The translations under genes and the position numbers were made by a program. A stretch of 64,000 nucleotides of DNA, taken from contig NC_058368.1 of NCBI RefSeq assembly GCF_018350175.1, forward strand, positions 110,920,001-110,984,000. The letters run 5' to 3'. The notes under the pieces were generated by a model, which ran no database searches, was not told the origin of the DNA, and saw nothing but the letters and a program-made list of their open reading frames with translations. This document shows, piece after piece, positions 52,912 through 64,000 of this stretch (within the stretch, counting starts at the first letter, position 1; each line of letters begins with the position of its first letter). Origin of the DNA: Felis catus. Taxonomy: Eukaryota.

Positions 52912-53126
52912 TTTTTTTTCCCAACGTTTATTTTTATTTTTGGGACAGAGAGAGACAGAGCATGAACGGGGGAGGGGCAGAGAGAGAGGGAGACCCAGAA
53001 TCGGAAGCAGGCTCCAGGCTCTGAGCCATCAGCCCAGAGCCTGACGCGGGGCTCGAACTCACCCACCGCGAGATCGTGACCTGGCTAAAGTCGGACGCTT
53101 AACCGACTGCGCCACCCAGGTGCCCC
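52912..53126 (-). mobile_element. Young CanSINE (SINEC_Fc type)
   Basis: TSD aaaacgattttttttt. Confidence 0.93.
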
Positions 53127-54180
53127 AAAACGATTTTTTTTTAAAGATGCACTAGTAAATTTATTTCAGACATAACGTGAAGTCCCATAGAAGCCAAATT
53201 TACCACGTACAAGTCACCAATTTTGGCTCTGTGGAATACAAGAGATTATACCTGTTCTCAAGGAACTTATCTTTCAGCAGGAAGCATTTTTTTTTATTTT
53301 TTTTTAACGTTTAGTTATTTTTGAGACAGAGAGAGACAGAGCATGAACGGGGGAGGGGCAGAGAGAGAGGGAGGCACAGAATCCGAACCAGGCTCCAGGC
53401 TCTGAGCTATGAGCCCAGAGCCCGACGTGGGGCTCGACCTCACGGACCTCGAAATCGTGACCTGAGTCAAAGTCGGACGCTTAACCAACTGAGCCACCCA
53501 GGCGCCCCAGGAAGCATTTTTTTTTAAAAAAAGCTAGAACTAGATCATATTAGTATTAACTGGCACAAAATTTACACACAATGAACAAGAAGATTTAGAA
53601 GGGGATATGATTTGGGGGCAAGGGTTAGGAATAGCAGGTGCATGAGAAAAGGAATTTAAGATATCATGAAGAGAGGGTAAAACTGGGACACAGATCTTAT
53701 GGGGTTACACTTATTGAGTATTTATTATATTTTAATCTTTTTCATTCATTTAGTCATTTGATTCTTACCACAAACCTATGAAGATTGTCCTATTATTATT
53801 TCCATTATACAGATAAAGTAACTGAGGCACAGAGATGGTGTACGTAGGGATCAGTGGGAAGTATAGTTGAAAAGGTACTTAGGGGTGTCTGGGTGGCTCA
53901 GTCGGTTAAGTGTCCGACTTCGGCTCAGGTCATGATCTCACAGTTTGTGAGTATGAGCCCCACGTCAGGCTCTGTGCTGACAGCTCAGAGCCTAGAGCCT
54001 GCTTCAGATTCTGTGTCTTCCTCTCTCTCTGCCCTTCCGCAGCTGTGCTCTGTCTCTCTCTCTCTCTCAAAAATAAATAAACATTAAAACAAAATTTTTT
54101 TAAAGAAAAGGTACTCAGGAATGACCTTGGGCCAGTTAGTTTACCTGTGTTTTATACCTTTTATTTTAAATGGGGATGAT

Positions 54181-54620
54181 GAGGAGGATGGGCAAAATGG
54201 GTGAAGGGTAGTAGGAGATACAGACTTCCAGTTACAAAATGATTAAGTCACAGGAATAAAAGGCACAGCATAAAGAATATAGTCAATAGATATTATGGTA
54301 GTATTTTAAGGTGACAAATGGTAGTTACATTTGTACTGAGCATAGCATAATGTAAACAGATACTGAATTGTTGTATTGTACACCTCAAACTAATGTAGTA
54401 TTGTGTGTCAACTATTTTCTTTTTTTTTTTTTTTAAGATTTTATTTTAAGTAATGTCTACACCCAACACGGGACTTGAACTCACAACCCTGGGATCAAAA
54501 GTCACATGGTCCACAGCCTGAGCTAGCCAGATGCCCTTCAACTATAGTCAAATAAAAAAATATTTTAAATAAAATATCCATATTATCTTTTATAAAAATT
54601 TTAAAAAATAAAATAAAACA
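54181..54620 (+). mobile_element. Carnivore/L1MA9-like L1 3' end inserted in a MIR
   Basis: Near-TSD aaatgggg(a/g)tgat at 54168-54180 and 54621-54633. MIR core continues after it (gtaaagcatttagaacagttcctgg). Confidence 0.7.
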
Positions 54621-55322
54621 AAATGGGGGTGATAACAGCAGCACCTTATCACAGAGTCATTGAGGAAATAAAATTGTTTAATGCATGTAAAGCATTTAGA
54701 ACAGTTCCTGGCCACGAAGTAAATACTCATTAAAGTTAGATATTATTGTAAAAACAGAATAATGATTTCTAGAAAAGGTGTTTGAGAATTATCCATGTCC
54801 CCCACCCCACCGCCAGTTCTTGTATTAAGTTGGACTACTTGGTCCCTTTATGCACATCAAGATTTGTTATTTATATATTAGATTGCCATTTCATGTACTG
54901 TTTCTACTGTTTCACAAAAGACTGAGACAATGCTACTTTCTAAAGTATCTAGAACAGCACAATCTAAAAATTGTTTGCCAGACTTTGTAAAGAGGGTGCC
55001 ATATTCTGGAAAATAGGAAACTTGGCAGTTCCTATGGTAATGCCAGCAGAGCGAGGTAAATGATTTTGAAATCTTTGCAGAATGTAGAGGTTAAAGAGAA
55101 ACAGACGTCACTCTGCCATGGTGGGGGCACAGCTTAAAGCAAGCACGGATACAACCTGAGGGATGTCAGCACAGGTCACCTGGGGTTGGGGCCACTCAGC
55201 AGCAGAGGGCAAGCGTGGTAACACCATTATCTAGCAGGGCAGGTGCCTACGGGGTCTGTCTGTTCTTTTTAGAGGCATCCCTTTCTTATCTCCAACCCAG
55301 AAGCAGAAGGCAGAGGGTGTCA

Positions 55323-55580
<258 letters not shown>

Positions 55581-55981
55581 CTAAAAAACAAACAGAAGAT
55601 GCAATACATTAAAATGAGAATTCATTATCTAGAGGATCACTCAAAAATTATACAGAGATAATCTAGCTAATTAAGACAGTAAAGCTATTTTCTTACCACA
55701 GGCAAAGGATTAACTGCACAATGCAAAAGCTAAATAAGTACATATTTTCAATTCTTGTCACCTCAAAATGAAATGAAGCCAAGAAAACAGATATAATACT
55801 AAAAAGGAAAATCACATTCCTAAAAAGAAAGGTAATCAAAAGAACATAATGAAAAACAGGTTAACTTTCCTTTAACCCTGTGCCATTCTAGATACAACTG
55901 CCCCTTCTCTCATTCCTTCACAGCTAAACCTCTTGAAGACATTATCTTTACTAAGTCTTTTTTTTCTCATCACTCATTTAT

Positions 55982-56124
55982 TCCTTAAAGTAATATAACC
56001 TTAAAGTATATAAAGTAATATAATATAAAGTAATATAACCTTAAAGTAATATAACCTTAAAGTAATAATATAATATTCCTTAAAGTAATCATTCCTTATA
56101 TAAGGAATATAAAATATTCCTTAA
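55982..56124. repeat. AT-rich imperfect minisatellite (unit ccttaaagtaatataa) with an 18-bp palindrome
   Basis: Several complete and partial copies of the 16-mer. attccttatataaggaat at 56091-56108 is a perfect palindrome. Confidence 0.9.
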
Positions 56125-56836
56125 TGTCATTTGTTCCCACATTCTATCAGACTGCCCCAATATGTATCTTACTTGACATATTAGAGTAAAAATGTTGCCA
56201 ACTATTCCTCCCTTCCTGATTTCTGGGACCTAAAATTCTCCCAGTCCCTTCCATTTCGGTGGCAGTTCCTCTTTCTCTATTTGTCTCTTAAATGTAGGAT
56301 TCTGGTCCCAGGCTTTCTTTTCTCACACATCCTGTTCCCTGGGCAATGACATCTACTCATTGGTTTTTTTACCACTTTCGTCACCTATCACGGAGACACC
56401 ATATTCTCTTGGCTTTCTTCCCACCTCTTGGCTGCTCCATCTCAATCTCATCTACACTTCTAGCTTTAGTAACAATATACTGATAGTTTCCAAATTCTAT
56501 CTCTAACCAAGATATGTCTCCTGATTTCCACAAAGATTGGAAGTCCACAAGAAGTCTGACAAGGCTGACCCACACACAGCTCAAACTTAGCAAATCCAAA
56601 ACTGAATGCTTCATTTTCTCCCCAAAACCTATTTTCAACAGTCCTTTAGTTCCATGGATGGAACAAACATTGACCCCATATCTCAAGCCAGAAACCAAGA
56701 CATTTTTCTCCTTCAGCTCCAATATATATTTTTGTCCCTAGTTCAAGTCCCCTCAACTCTCTCACCAAAATTACTACATTGCCAAATGGTCTCCCTGAAT
56801 TCATTCTGATCCCCTCCAATCCACTCTCACAGTACT

Positions 56837-56886
56837 ATTTTATTTTATTTTATTTTATTTTATTTTATTTTATTTTATTTTATTTT
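56837..56886. repeat. (ATTTT)n pentanucleotide repeat derived from a SINE tail
   Basis: About 10 units at the tail of a minus-strand SINE (56837-57110). Confidence 0.95.
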
Positions 56887-57599
56887 ACTTTAGAGAGAGA
56901 GATCATGAGCAGGGGAGAGGAGCAGAGGGGTAAGGAAGGAGGGAAGGAGAGAGGGAGAGAGAGAGAGGGAGATTTAGAGAGAGAGAGAGAGGGAGAGAGA
57001 ATCTCAATCAGGCTCTATGCTGCATGGGGCTTGAACCCACGACCCTGGGAACATGACCTGAGCCCAAATCAAGAGTCAGACACTCAATCAACTAAGCCAT
57101 CCAGCTGCCCTCAGAGTACTATTTTAAAATCACATGTGTGGGCACCAAGCTGGCTCAGTTGGAAGAGCATGTGATTCTTGATCTCAGGGTCATGGGTTTG
57201 AGCCCCACGCTGGGTGTAGTAATTACTAAAAAAAAATAAACTTTAAAAAAATTACATGTGTGATCATGTCACTTCTCTGCTTAACATTCTTCAAGGATTT
57301 CCAATCCCATAGAACAAATTTGAAACTCCTTAAAATGGCTTATAATGCCTTCTAGAATTTGGCCTTCACTTCCCTAGCCTATACAATATTCGTTTCCTAA
57401 ATTTCCAAGGTTTGTCTCATCTCTATGCACTTGCTGATGCTGTTCCAATTGCCTAGAACACTTTGCCTGGCCACCTATTTCCTTAGGTCATAGCTTATAT
57501 ATTTATATTAGTAATATAAATTTATGTTAGTATTTAAGTAATCTCTACACCCAACCTGGGACTTGAATTTACAACCCCGAGATTAAGAGTCACAGACTA

Positions 57600-57838
57600 G
57601 GGGCGCCTGGGTGGTGCAGTCGGTTAAGTGTCCGACTTCAGCCAGGTCACGATCTCGCGGTCCGGTCCGTGAGTTCGAGCCCCGCGTCGGCTCTGGGCTG
57701 ATGGCTCAGAGCCTGGAGCCTGTTTCCGATTCTGTGTCTCCCTCTCTCTCTCTGCCCCTCCCCCGTTCATGCTCTGCCTCTCTCTGTCCCAAAAACTAAA
57801 TAAATGTTGAAAAAAAAAATTAAAAAAAAAAAAAAAAA
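57600..57838 (+). mobile_element. Young CanSINE nested in an older short SINE
   Basis: TSD aagagtcacagacta. Confidence 0.93.
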
Positions 57839-57879
57839 GAGTCACAGACTACACTGACTGAGCCAGCCAAGTGCCCCTA

Positions 57880-60320
57880 TTTAATGGTATTCTTTATTTC
57901 AATTTCTGATTGTTGATTGCCAACATATAGAAATACAACTAATTTTGGTATATAAATCTTATATCCCATAACTGCAATAAATTTACAAATTAGTTCTGTT
58001 AATTTTATTGTAGATTCCATAGGGTTTTCTATGTAGATGATCATATCACTTGTAAATAAAGACAATTTTACTTCTCAAAAAAATAAGGCACCATTTCACA
58101 CCCACTAGAATAGCCACAATCAAAATGACAAAAAACAAGTATTGGGGAGGAAGTATATTGTTGGTGGGGATGTAAAATGATACAGCCACTTTGGAAAACA
58201 GTATGGCAGTTTCTTTCTTTCTTTCTTTTTTTTTTTTTTTTTTGACAGTTTCTTTAAAAAGTTAAAACATAAAACCTATGACGCATGTGGTATTTTTTTA
58301 TGTAAGCTCTACACCCAACATGGGACTTGAACTCATTACCCCCAAGAGCAAGAGTCACACGCTCTACTGTTGGAGCCAGCCAGTCACTCCTACCCATATA
58401 GTATTCTTAACTTGACTTATTTTACTTCTTTCTCCCTAGTTCCTGGTAGTTTGGTAAACCAACAGTCCCCCAAATCATGGGGAAAACCAGAAGCCTAGCA
58501 GCTCCCAGAGAAAGAAGGACAGTGTCTTATCCCCTCCAAAGCCCCTTTCCCAGGTAGCTGTCATTATTTGATCTGACAAATCACTGAAAAATCCCACTAG
58601 AAATCTTCCATTTATTTGATTGAAAGTAGAGCTTGCCCAGTGCAAAAAGCCTTTCTCCTGGGGCCTTGGTCAGAAATAATTAGCACACCATAATTAGAAC
58701 ACTATCAAGAAAGCAAAAAGACAACTCATAGGAGAAAATATTTGCAAATTCCATCTCTGATAAGCATCTAGTATCCAAAATATATAAAATACAACTCAAC
58801 AATAAAAAGACAAATAAGCTAGTAAAGCGGGCACCTGGGTGGTCCAATCGGTTGAGTGTCTGATTTTGGCTCCAGTTGTGATCTCATGATTCGTGAGCTC
58901 AAACCCCACATTGGGCTCACTGCTGTCAGATGAGCCCACATCAGATCCTCTGTCCCCCCCACCCTGTCCCTCCCCTGCTCGTACTCTCTCTCTCAAAAAT
59001 AAACATTAAAAAAATGTTTAAAAAATAATAAAAATTAGTAAAGGACCCGAATAGACATTTCTTCAAAGAAGATATGCAAATAAGAATTTGCCAGTTCTGA
59101 ATGTTTCATTTTAATGGAATTTATGCTGTGTGGTTTTTTACATCTCAATTTCTTCATTTAACGTGAAGTTTCAAGGAGCTTTCATGGTGTAGCATGTATC
59201 AGTACTTAATTCCTTTTTATGGCTGAATATATTTCACCATATGGATATTCCTCATTTGTTTATCCATTCATCAGCTTGATACATATTTGAGTTGTTTCCA
59301 CTTTTTAGGTATTATGAATAATGCTGCTATGAATATTCTTGTGCAAGTTTTTATGTGAACACATGTTTTCCATTCTATTGTGTAGATACCTAGGAGGAGA
59401 ATTGTTAGGTCACATGGTAGTTCTTTATTTAACCTTTGGAGGAATTGCCAAACTGTTTTCCATACCATCTGCACCATTTTATACCACCACCAGCAGCGTA
59501 TAAAGGTTCCAATTTCTCTACTTCCTCGCCAAAATTTGTCATTGTCTGCTTTTTAAATTACAGCCAGCCTGGTGGGTGTGAAGTGACTTCTCATTGTAAT
59601 TTCGATTTGTATTTTCATAATGACTAATGATATTGAGCACATTTCATGTGCTATCAGCCATTTATATACCTTTGAAAAATGTTAAATTGGGTTATCTTTT
59701 TATACTTGAGTTGTATTTTGCATATCCTGGATATTTATCAGATATATGATTTGCAAATATTTTCTCCCTTTCCTGTGAACTTTTTACTTTCTTTTCTTTT
59801 CTTTTTTAATGTTTATTTACTTTTGAGCATGCGCACATGCAAGGAGGGGACAGGATCTGAAGTGGGCTCTGTGCTGACAGCAGAGAGCTGAATGTGGAGC
59901 TTGAACTCATGACCCGTGAGATCATAATCTGAACCCAAGTCAGATGCTTAACTGACTGAGCCACCCACGAGCCCCTGAACTTTTTATTTTCTTGATAGTG
60001 TCCTTTGATGCGCCAAAGTTTTAATTTTGATGAAATCCAATTTATTATTTTTTTGATTGCTTTTGCTTTTGATGTCATATGTAAAGAACTATTGCCTAGG
60101 GGCGCCTGGCTGGCTCAGAGAGCAGAGCATGCAGCTCTTGGTTCACACATCACATTGGGTGGAGAGATTACTTAATAATAAATCTTAAAAAAAAAAAAAA
60201 AGTATCGACTAATAAATGGTCACACAGATTTTCACCTACATTTTCTTGTAAGACTTTTATAGTTTTACCTCTTATACTTAGGTCTTTGATAAATTTTGAG
60301 TTAGTTTTTGTACATAGTGT
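57880..60320. mobile_element. Mosaic of old L1 fragments in both orientations
   Basis: ORFs 57877..58065, 59271..59477 and 59806..60078 are ORF2p-like. Orientation switches near 58080 and 59090. Confidence 0.75.
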
Positions 60321-60499
60321 GAACTATCAGACCTAGAATTCAAACAAGGAGTTTGCTTCTCCTTTACTTTGTGGTGGAATGTACCAGAACTACATAAAAT
60401 TCCATACTGAAGTCTGATTTATCACCTGAAACTAATATTACCCTGTACACTAAATGGAATTTAAAGAAATTTAAAAAGAATTTTAAAACGTAAAGATTT

Positions 60500-61594
60500 T
60501 TTTTCAAGTGTTTATTTATTTTGAGATTGAAAGAGAGACTGACCAGGGGAGGGGCAGAGACAGAGGGAGGGAGAGAATCTCAAGGAGGCTCTGCTCTGTC
60601 AGTGCAGAGCCCAGCATGGGGCTCAAACTCATGAACTGTGAGATTCTGGCTTGAGCCAAAAACAAGACTGAGCCACCCAGGCGCCCCAATGAAACTTTTT
60701 TTTTCAATGTCTATTTTTTTAAATGTTTTATTAATTTTTGAGACAGAGAGAGACAGAGCATGAGCAGGGGAGGGGCAGAGAGAGAGGGAGACACAGAATC
60801 CGAAGCAGGCTCCAGGCTCCGAGCTGTCAGCACAGAGCCCGATGCGGGGCTCGAACCCACAAACCGTGAGATCGTGACCTGAGCGGAAGTCAGACACTTC
60901 ACCGACTGAGCCACCCAGGCGCCCCATCAATGTCTATTTTTGGGAGAGAGAACAAGTGGGCAAGGGGAAGGGGGGGAAAACAGAGGATCTAAAGGGGCTC
61001 TGAGCTAACAGCAGGGAGCCCAATGTGGGGCTTGAACCCATGAACTGTGAGATTATGAACTGAGCTGAAGTTGGATGCTTAACCGACTGACTGAGCTACC
61101 CAGGCACCCGCTCCTCCAAAAAAGATTTTTAAAAATCTGATTGACTTATTTATTGTTTTTTTATTAAAAACATTTTTTAAATCTTTATTTTTGAGAGAAA
61201 GAGAGAGAGAGAGTGAGTGGGGAAGAGAGAGAGAGAGAGAGGGAGACACAGAATCTGAAGCAGGCTCCAGGCTCTGGGCTGTCAGCACAGAGCCCAATGC
61301 GGGGCTTGAACTCACGAACTGCGAGATCATGACCTGAGCTGAGGTTGGACGCTTAACCAACTAAGCCACTCAGGTACCCCTGATTTATTTATTTATTTAA
61401 TGTTTTATTTATTTTTGAGAGAGAGACAGAGTGTGAGCGTAGGAAGGGCAGAGAGAGGGAGACAGAATCCAAAGCAGGCTCCAGGTTCTGAACTGTCAGC
61501 ACAGAACCTGACACAGGGCTAGAACCCATGAACCGTGAGATCATGACCTGAGATGAAGTTGGATGCTTAACCAACTGAGCCACCCAGGTACCCC
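60500..61594 (-). mobile_element. Array of five same-orientation CanSINEs
   Basis: Bodies ending at about 60687, 60925, 61109, 61380 and 61594. Confidence 0.9.
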
Positions 61595-61928
61595 TAAAAA
61601 TCTGACTATAATACTTCTGTTTATACAGTCGTGTGTGCTTAAATGTTAACACTCATCTGAAGAGAGAGTTCTAATTTCCCTATCATCTAACAGCCTCAGA
61701 AAACCCAATTTTAAGTCACCCAGAACTTCAATTAAATAAACTTTCCAGTTGGATGTTATACAATTAAATGCTAATGTGCATATGAAAAAATAAGCTAGTA
61801 GTTTCCGGAAAAAGGCTGAATAGAATGCCTGAGGTAGACCAAAAGACTGGGGATTCCCTTATGCCCTAAAAACCAAATGGAATCCTTGACTGAATCCTGA
61901 TCTTAATAAATCACTTTAAAAGACATTT

Positions 61929-62154
61929 AGGGGGGCGCCTGGGTGACGCAGTCGGTTAGGCGTCCGACTTCAGCCAGGTCGCGATCTCGCGGTCCGTGAG
62001 TTCGAGCCCCGCGTCGGGCTCTGGGCTGATGGCTCAGAGCCTGGAGCCTGTTTCCGAGTCTGTGTCTCCCTCTCTCTCTGCCCCTCCCCCGTTCATGCTC
62101 TGTCTCTCTCTGTCCCAGAAATAAATAAACCTTGAAAAAAATAAAAAAAAAAAT
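61929..62154 (+). mobile_element. Young CanSINE (SINEC_Fc type)
   Basis: TSD ttaaaagacatttagg. Confidence 0.93.
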
Positions 62155-64000
62155 TAAAAGACATTTAGGAACAATTAGCTACATTTTAATATAAATTTGG
62201 TATTAGATGATGTTAAGGAATTATTTTTAATTGTGTAGATGTAATCATGATTCTGAAGTTATACAGGAAAATTTGCTTTTTTAAACAGATAGATAGTGAC
62301 GTATTTAGAAATAAAATGTCAGGGTACCAATAATTTAAAATACTTCAGAAAACAAAATTGATGAAGCTCACGTAGCAAAATATTGTTAAAACATATTGCA
62401 TATTAAAATGTTAAAAATAACATTATTCAAATAATAACAATTTCTTATTTGGAAGACTAGGAGTTTAAAATCCAAAGCAGAGTTAAGAAAACTATGCAGG
62501 GGCGCCTGAGTGGCTCAGTCGGGTTAAGTGTCTGACTTTGGCTCAGGTCATGATCTCGCAGTTTGTGAGTTCCAGCCCCCCATTAGAGTTGCTGCTGTCA
62601 GCCTGTCAGCACAGAGCCCGCTTCAAATCCTCTGTCCCCCTCTCTCTCTCTGCCCCTCCCCAACTTACGCTCTCTCTCTCAAAAAATATAACAATCCTTA
62701 AAAATTAAAAAAAAAAAAAAAGAAAAAAACTATGCAAAAGTGGCCTAAATTTAGGAAAGCAGGACTTTGTGGAGTAGGAGGTGGGGTGGGGCTAAGAAAG
62801 ATTGACAGTGCTTAGTTATTAGTCAAAATTATTTATAATTCATAAAGGTTACTGAAAAACGAATAAAATTTAAGAAGCTCCATATGGGTAGGAGCTAAGT
62901 CTTTTACTCAAGGTTCCACCCTCAACTCCCACTACAATCAATGATTGTTACTGGAAGATGCTCAATAAATATTTATTGAATAAATGGATGAGGGGAAAAA
63001 TAACCATGTCTTCCCCATAAGGGCCAAATATTTGCATTTACACTTTGCTTCCAAAATGGTTTCAAAGAAACTTTTTTTTTTCAGGATTCACAAAACTTTA
63101 TTCATTTAGAATTAACAAGCTGTTCACATATCACTTAATAATGTTTCACAAGCTTGTAGGACATGGATTATCTTTGAGGAATTATTTTGATTTGCATGAA
63201 GTTTACAACTTTGTGCACCGTATGGTATTTTCCCTGTAAGTAAATAATAAGCAGTCTGAATTATCACATGAATTCTAAAACTTTGAGGGTTTTTTTAAAT
63301 TATTATAATGAAATACTAGCATGGTGAGATGTAATGTTTACAGTTTTAATCTGTCAGACCCATTTCCTCTAAAATAATTAGCTGAAATTATATGACATCA
63401 CACTAGCTTCCATTAAAGCCAGACACAGGCAACTCTCATTTGTGTGTTTGATAGTGGGCGACCAGTGGTGCATGTCACCACAAACAGAACATAATCTCAT
63501 GCTACATTGTTTGGGTATTTTATAATATATTTTCAAAATTTTTTATTCAAATATAAATTGACACACAGTGTTACATTTGTTTCAGGTATAAGAGGCTTAT
63601 ACTATTAAGCAGATCAAAATTTTAAATTATAAAAACAACCAGAATGAAAAAGATAATTAACTAGTTACTGCAACTAAACAGTAAATTTTTATTTAAGCTG
63701 CCTAAAAACCAATAGAAAGCATATTTTCTATATTTTATAAAAAGAAAGTAAACGAGTACTTCTGGAGATAAAAAGCCTTTACTGGTACTGAACTATATCT
63801 GACTTCATAAATTCTTATTAAAAGTAACATGGGGGATGCCTGCGTGGCTCAGTCAGTTAAGCATCCCACTCTTGATTTCGGCTCGGATCATGACCTCACA
63901 GTTTGTGAGATTGAGCCCCATGTCAGGCTTCTGTGCTGACAGCGCAGAGCCTGCTTGGGATTCTCTCTCTCTGTCTCTCCCTGCCCCTGCCCGTGCTCTT

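Larger units (their letters stand above)
55880..57490 (-). mobile_element. L2 fragment with nested SINEs
   Basis: ctcaaacttagcaaatccaaaactgaa, tgatcatgtcacttctctgctta, tgcctagaacactt. Strand assignment is tentative. Confidence 0.7.

Noticed and set aside
60500..61594. Regularly recurring near-identical repeats that might suggest a CRISPR-like array
   Set aside because: Units are about 200-bp SINEs with A-tails and TSDs in a mammalian genome, with no repeat-spacer structure and no cas genes.
63084..63235. Exon-like block (plus-strand ttttcag ... gtaagt, also a minus-strand acceptor at about 63235) overlapping ORF 63045..63239
   Set aside because: It is isolated, encodes no recognisable protein and has no partner exons; it cannot be distinguished from chance.
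55581..64000. CDKL3 exon 3 (QFHHENLVNLIEVFRQ...) or the promoter
   Set aside because: No such coding sequence or CpG island is visible; they must lie beyond the window.

Overview
Mammalian genomic DNA, almost certainly a felid: it is saturated with tRNA-derived CanSINEs of the SINEC_Fc type and carries carnivore L1s. The only recognisable host gene is CDKL3 (NKIAMRE kinase) on the minus strand. Exons 4-12 and two alternative terminal exons lie between about 31.3 and 55.6 kb (human numbering, recalled from memory); exons 1-3 are beyond the right edge. The kinase-domain exons are intact with canonical, phase-compatible splice sites. The C-terminal exons look rewired: exon 9 ends in phase 0, exon 10 has stops in all three frames but can be skipped in frame, and exon 12 lacks its donor and runs into a new stop, which leaves both terminal exons without their normal partner. 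The left 30 kb is intergenic and repeat-dense (old L1, L2, MIR, MaLR/ERVL LTRs, ERVL internal sequence). It contains an L1 3' transduction, an unidentified insert that may be a retrocopy, and a speculative chain of plus-strand exon-like fossils. No prokaryote-type systems are present, and nearly all ORF-track ORFs are translations of repeats. Repeat subfamily names come from motif recognition and their boundaries are approximate.
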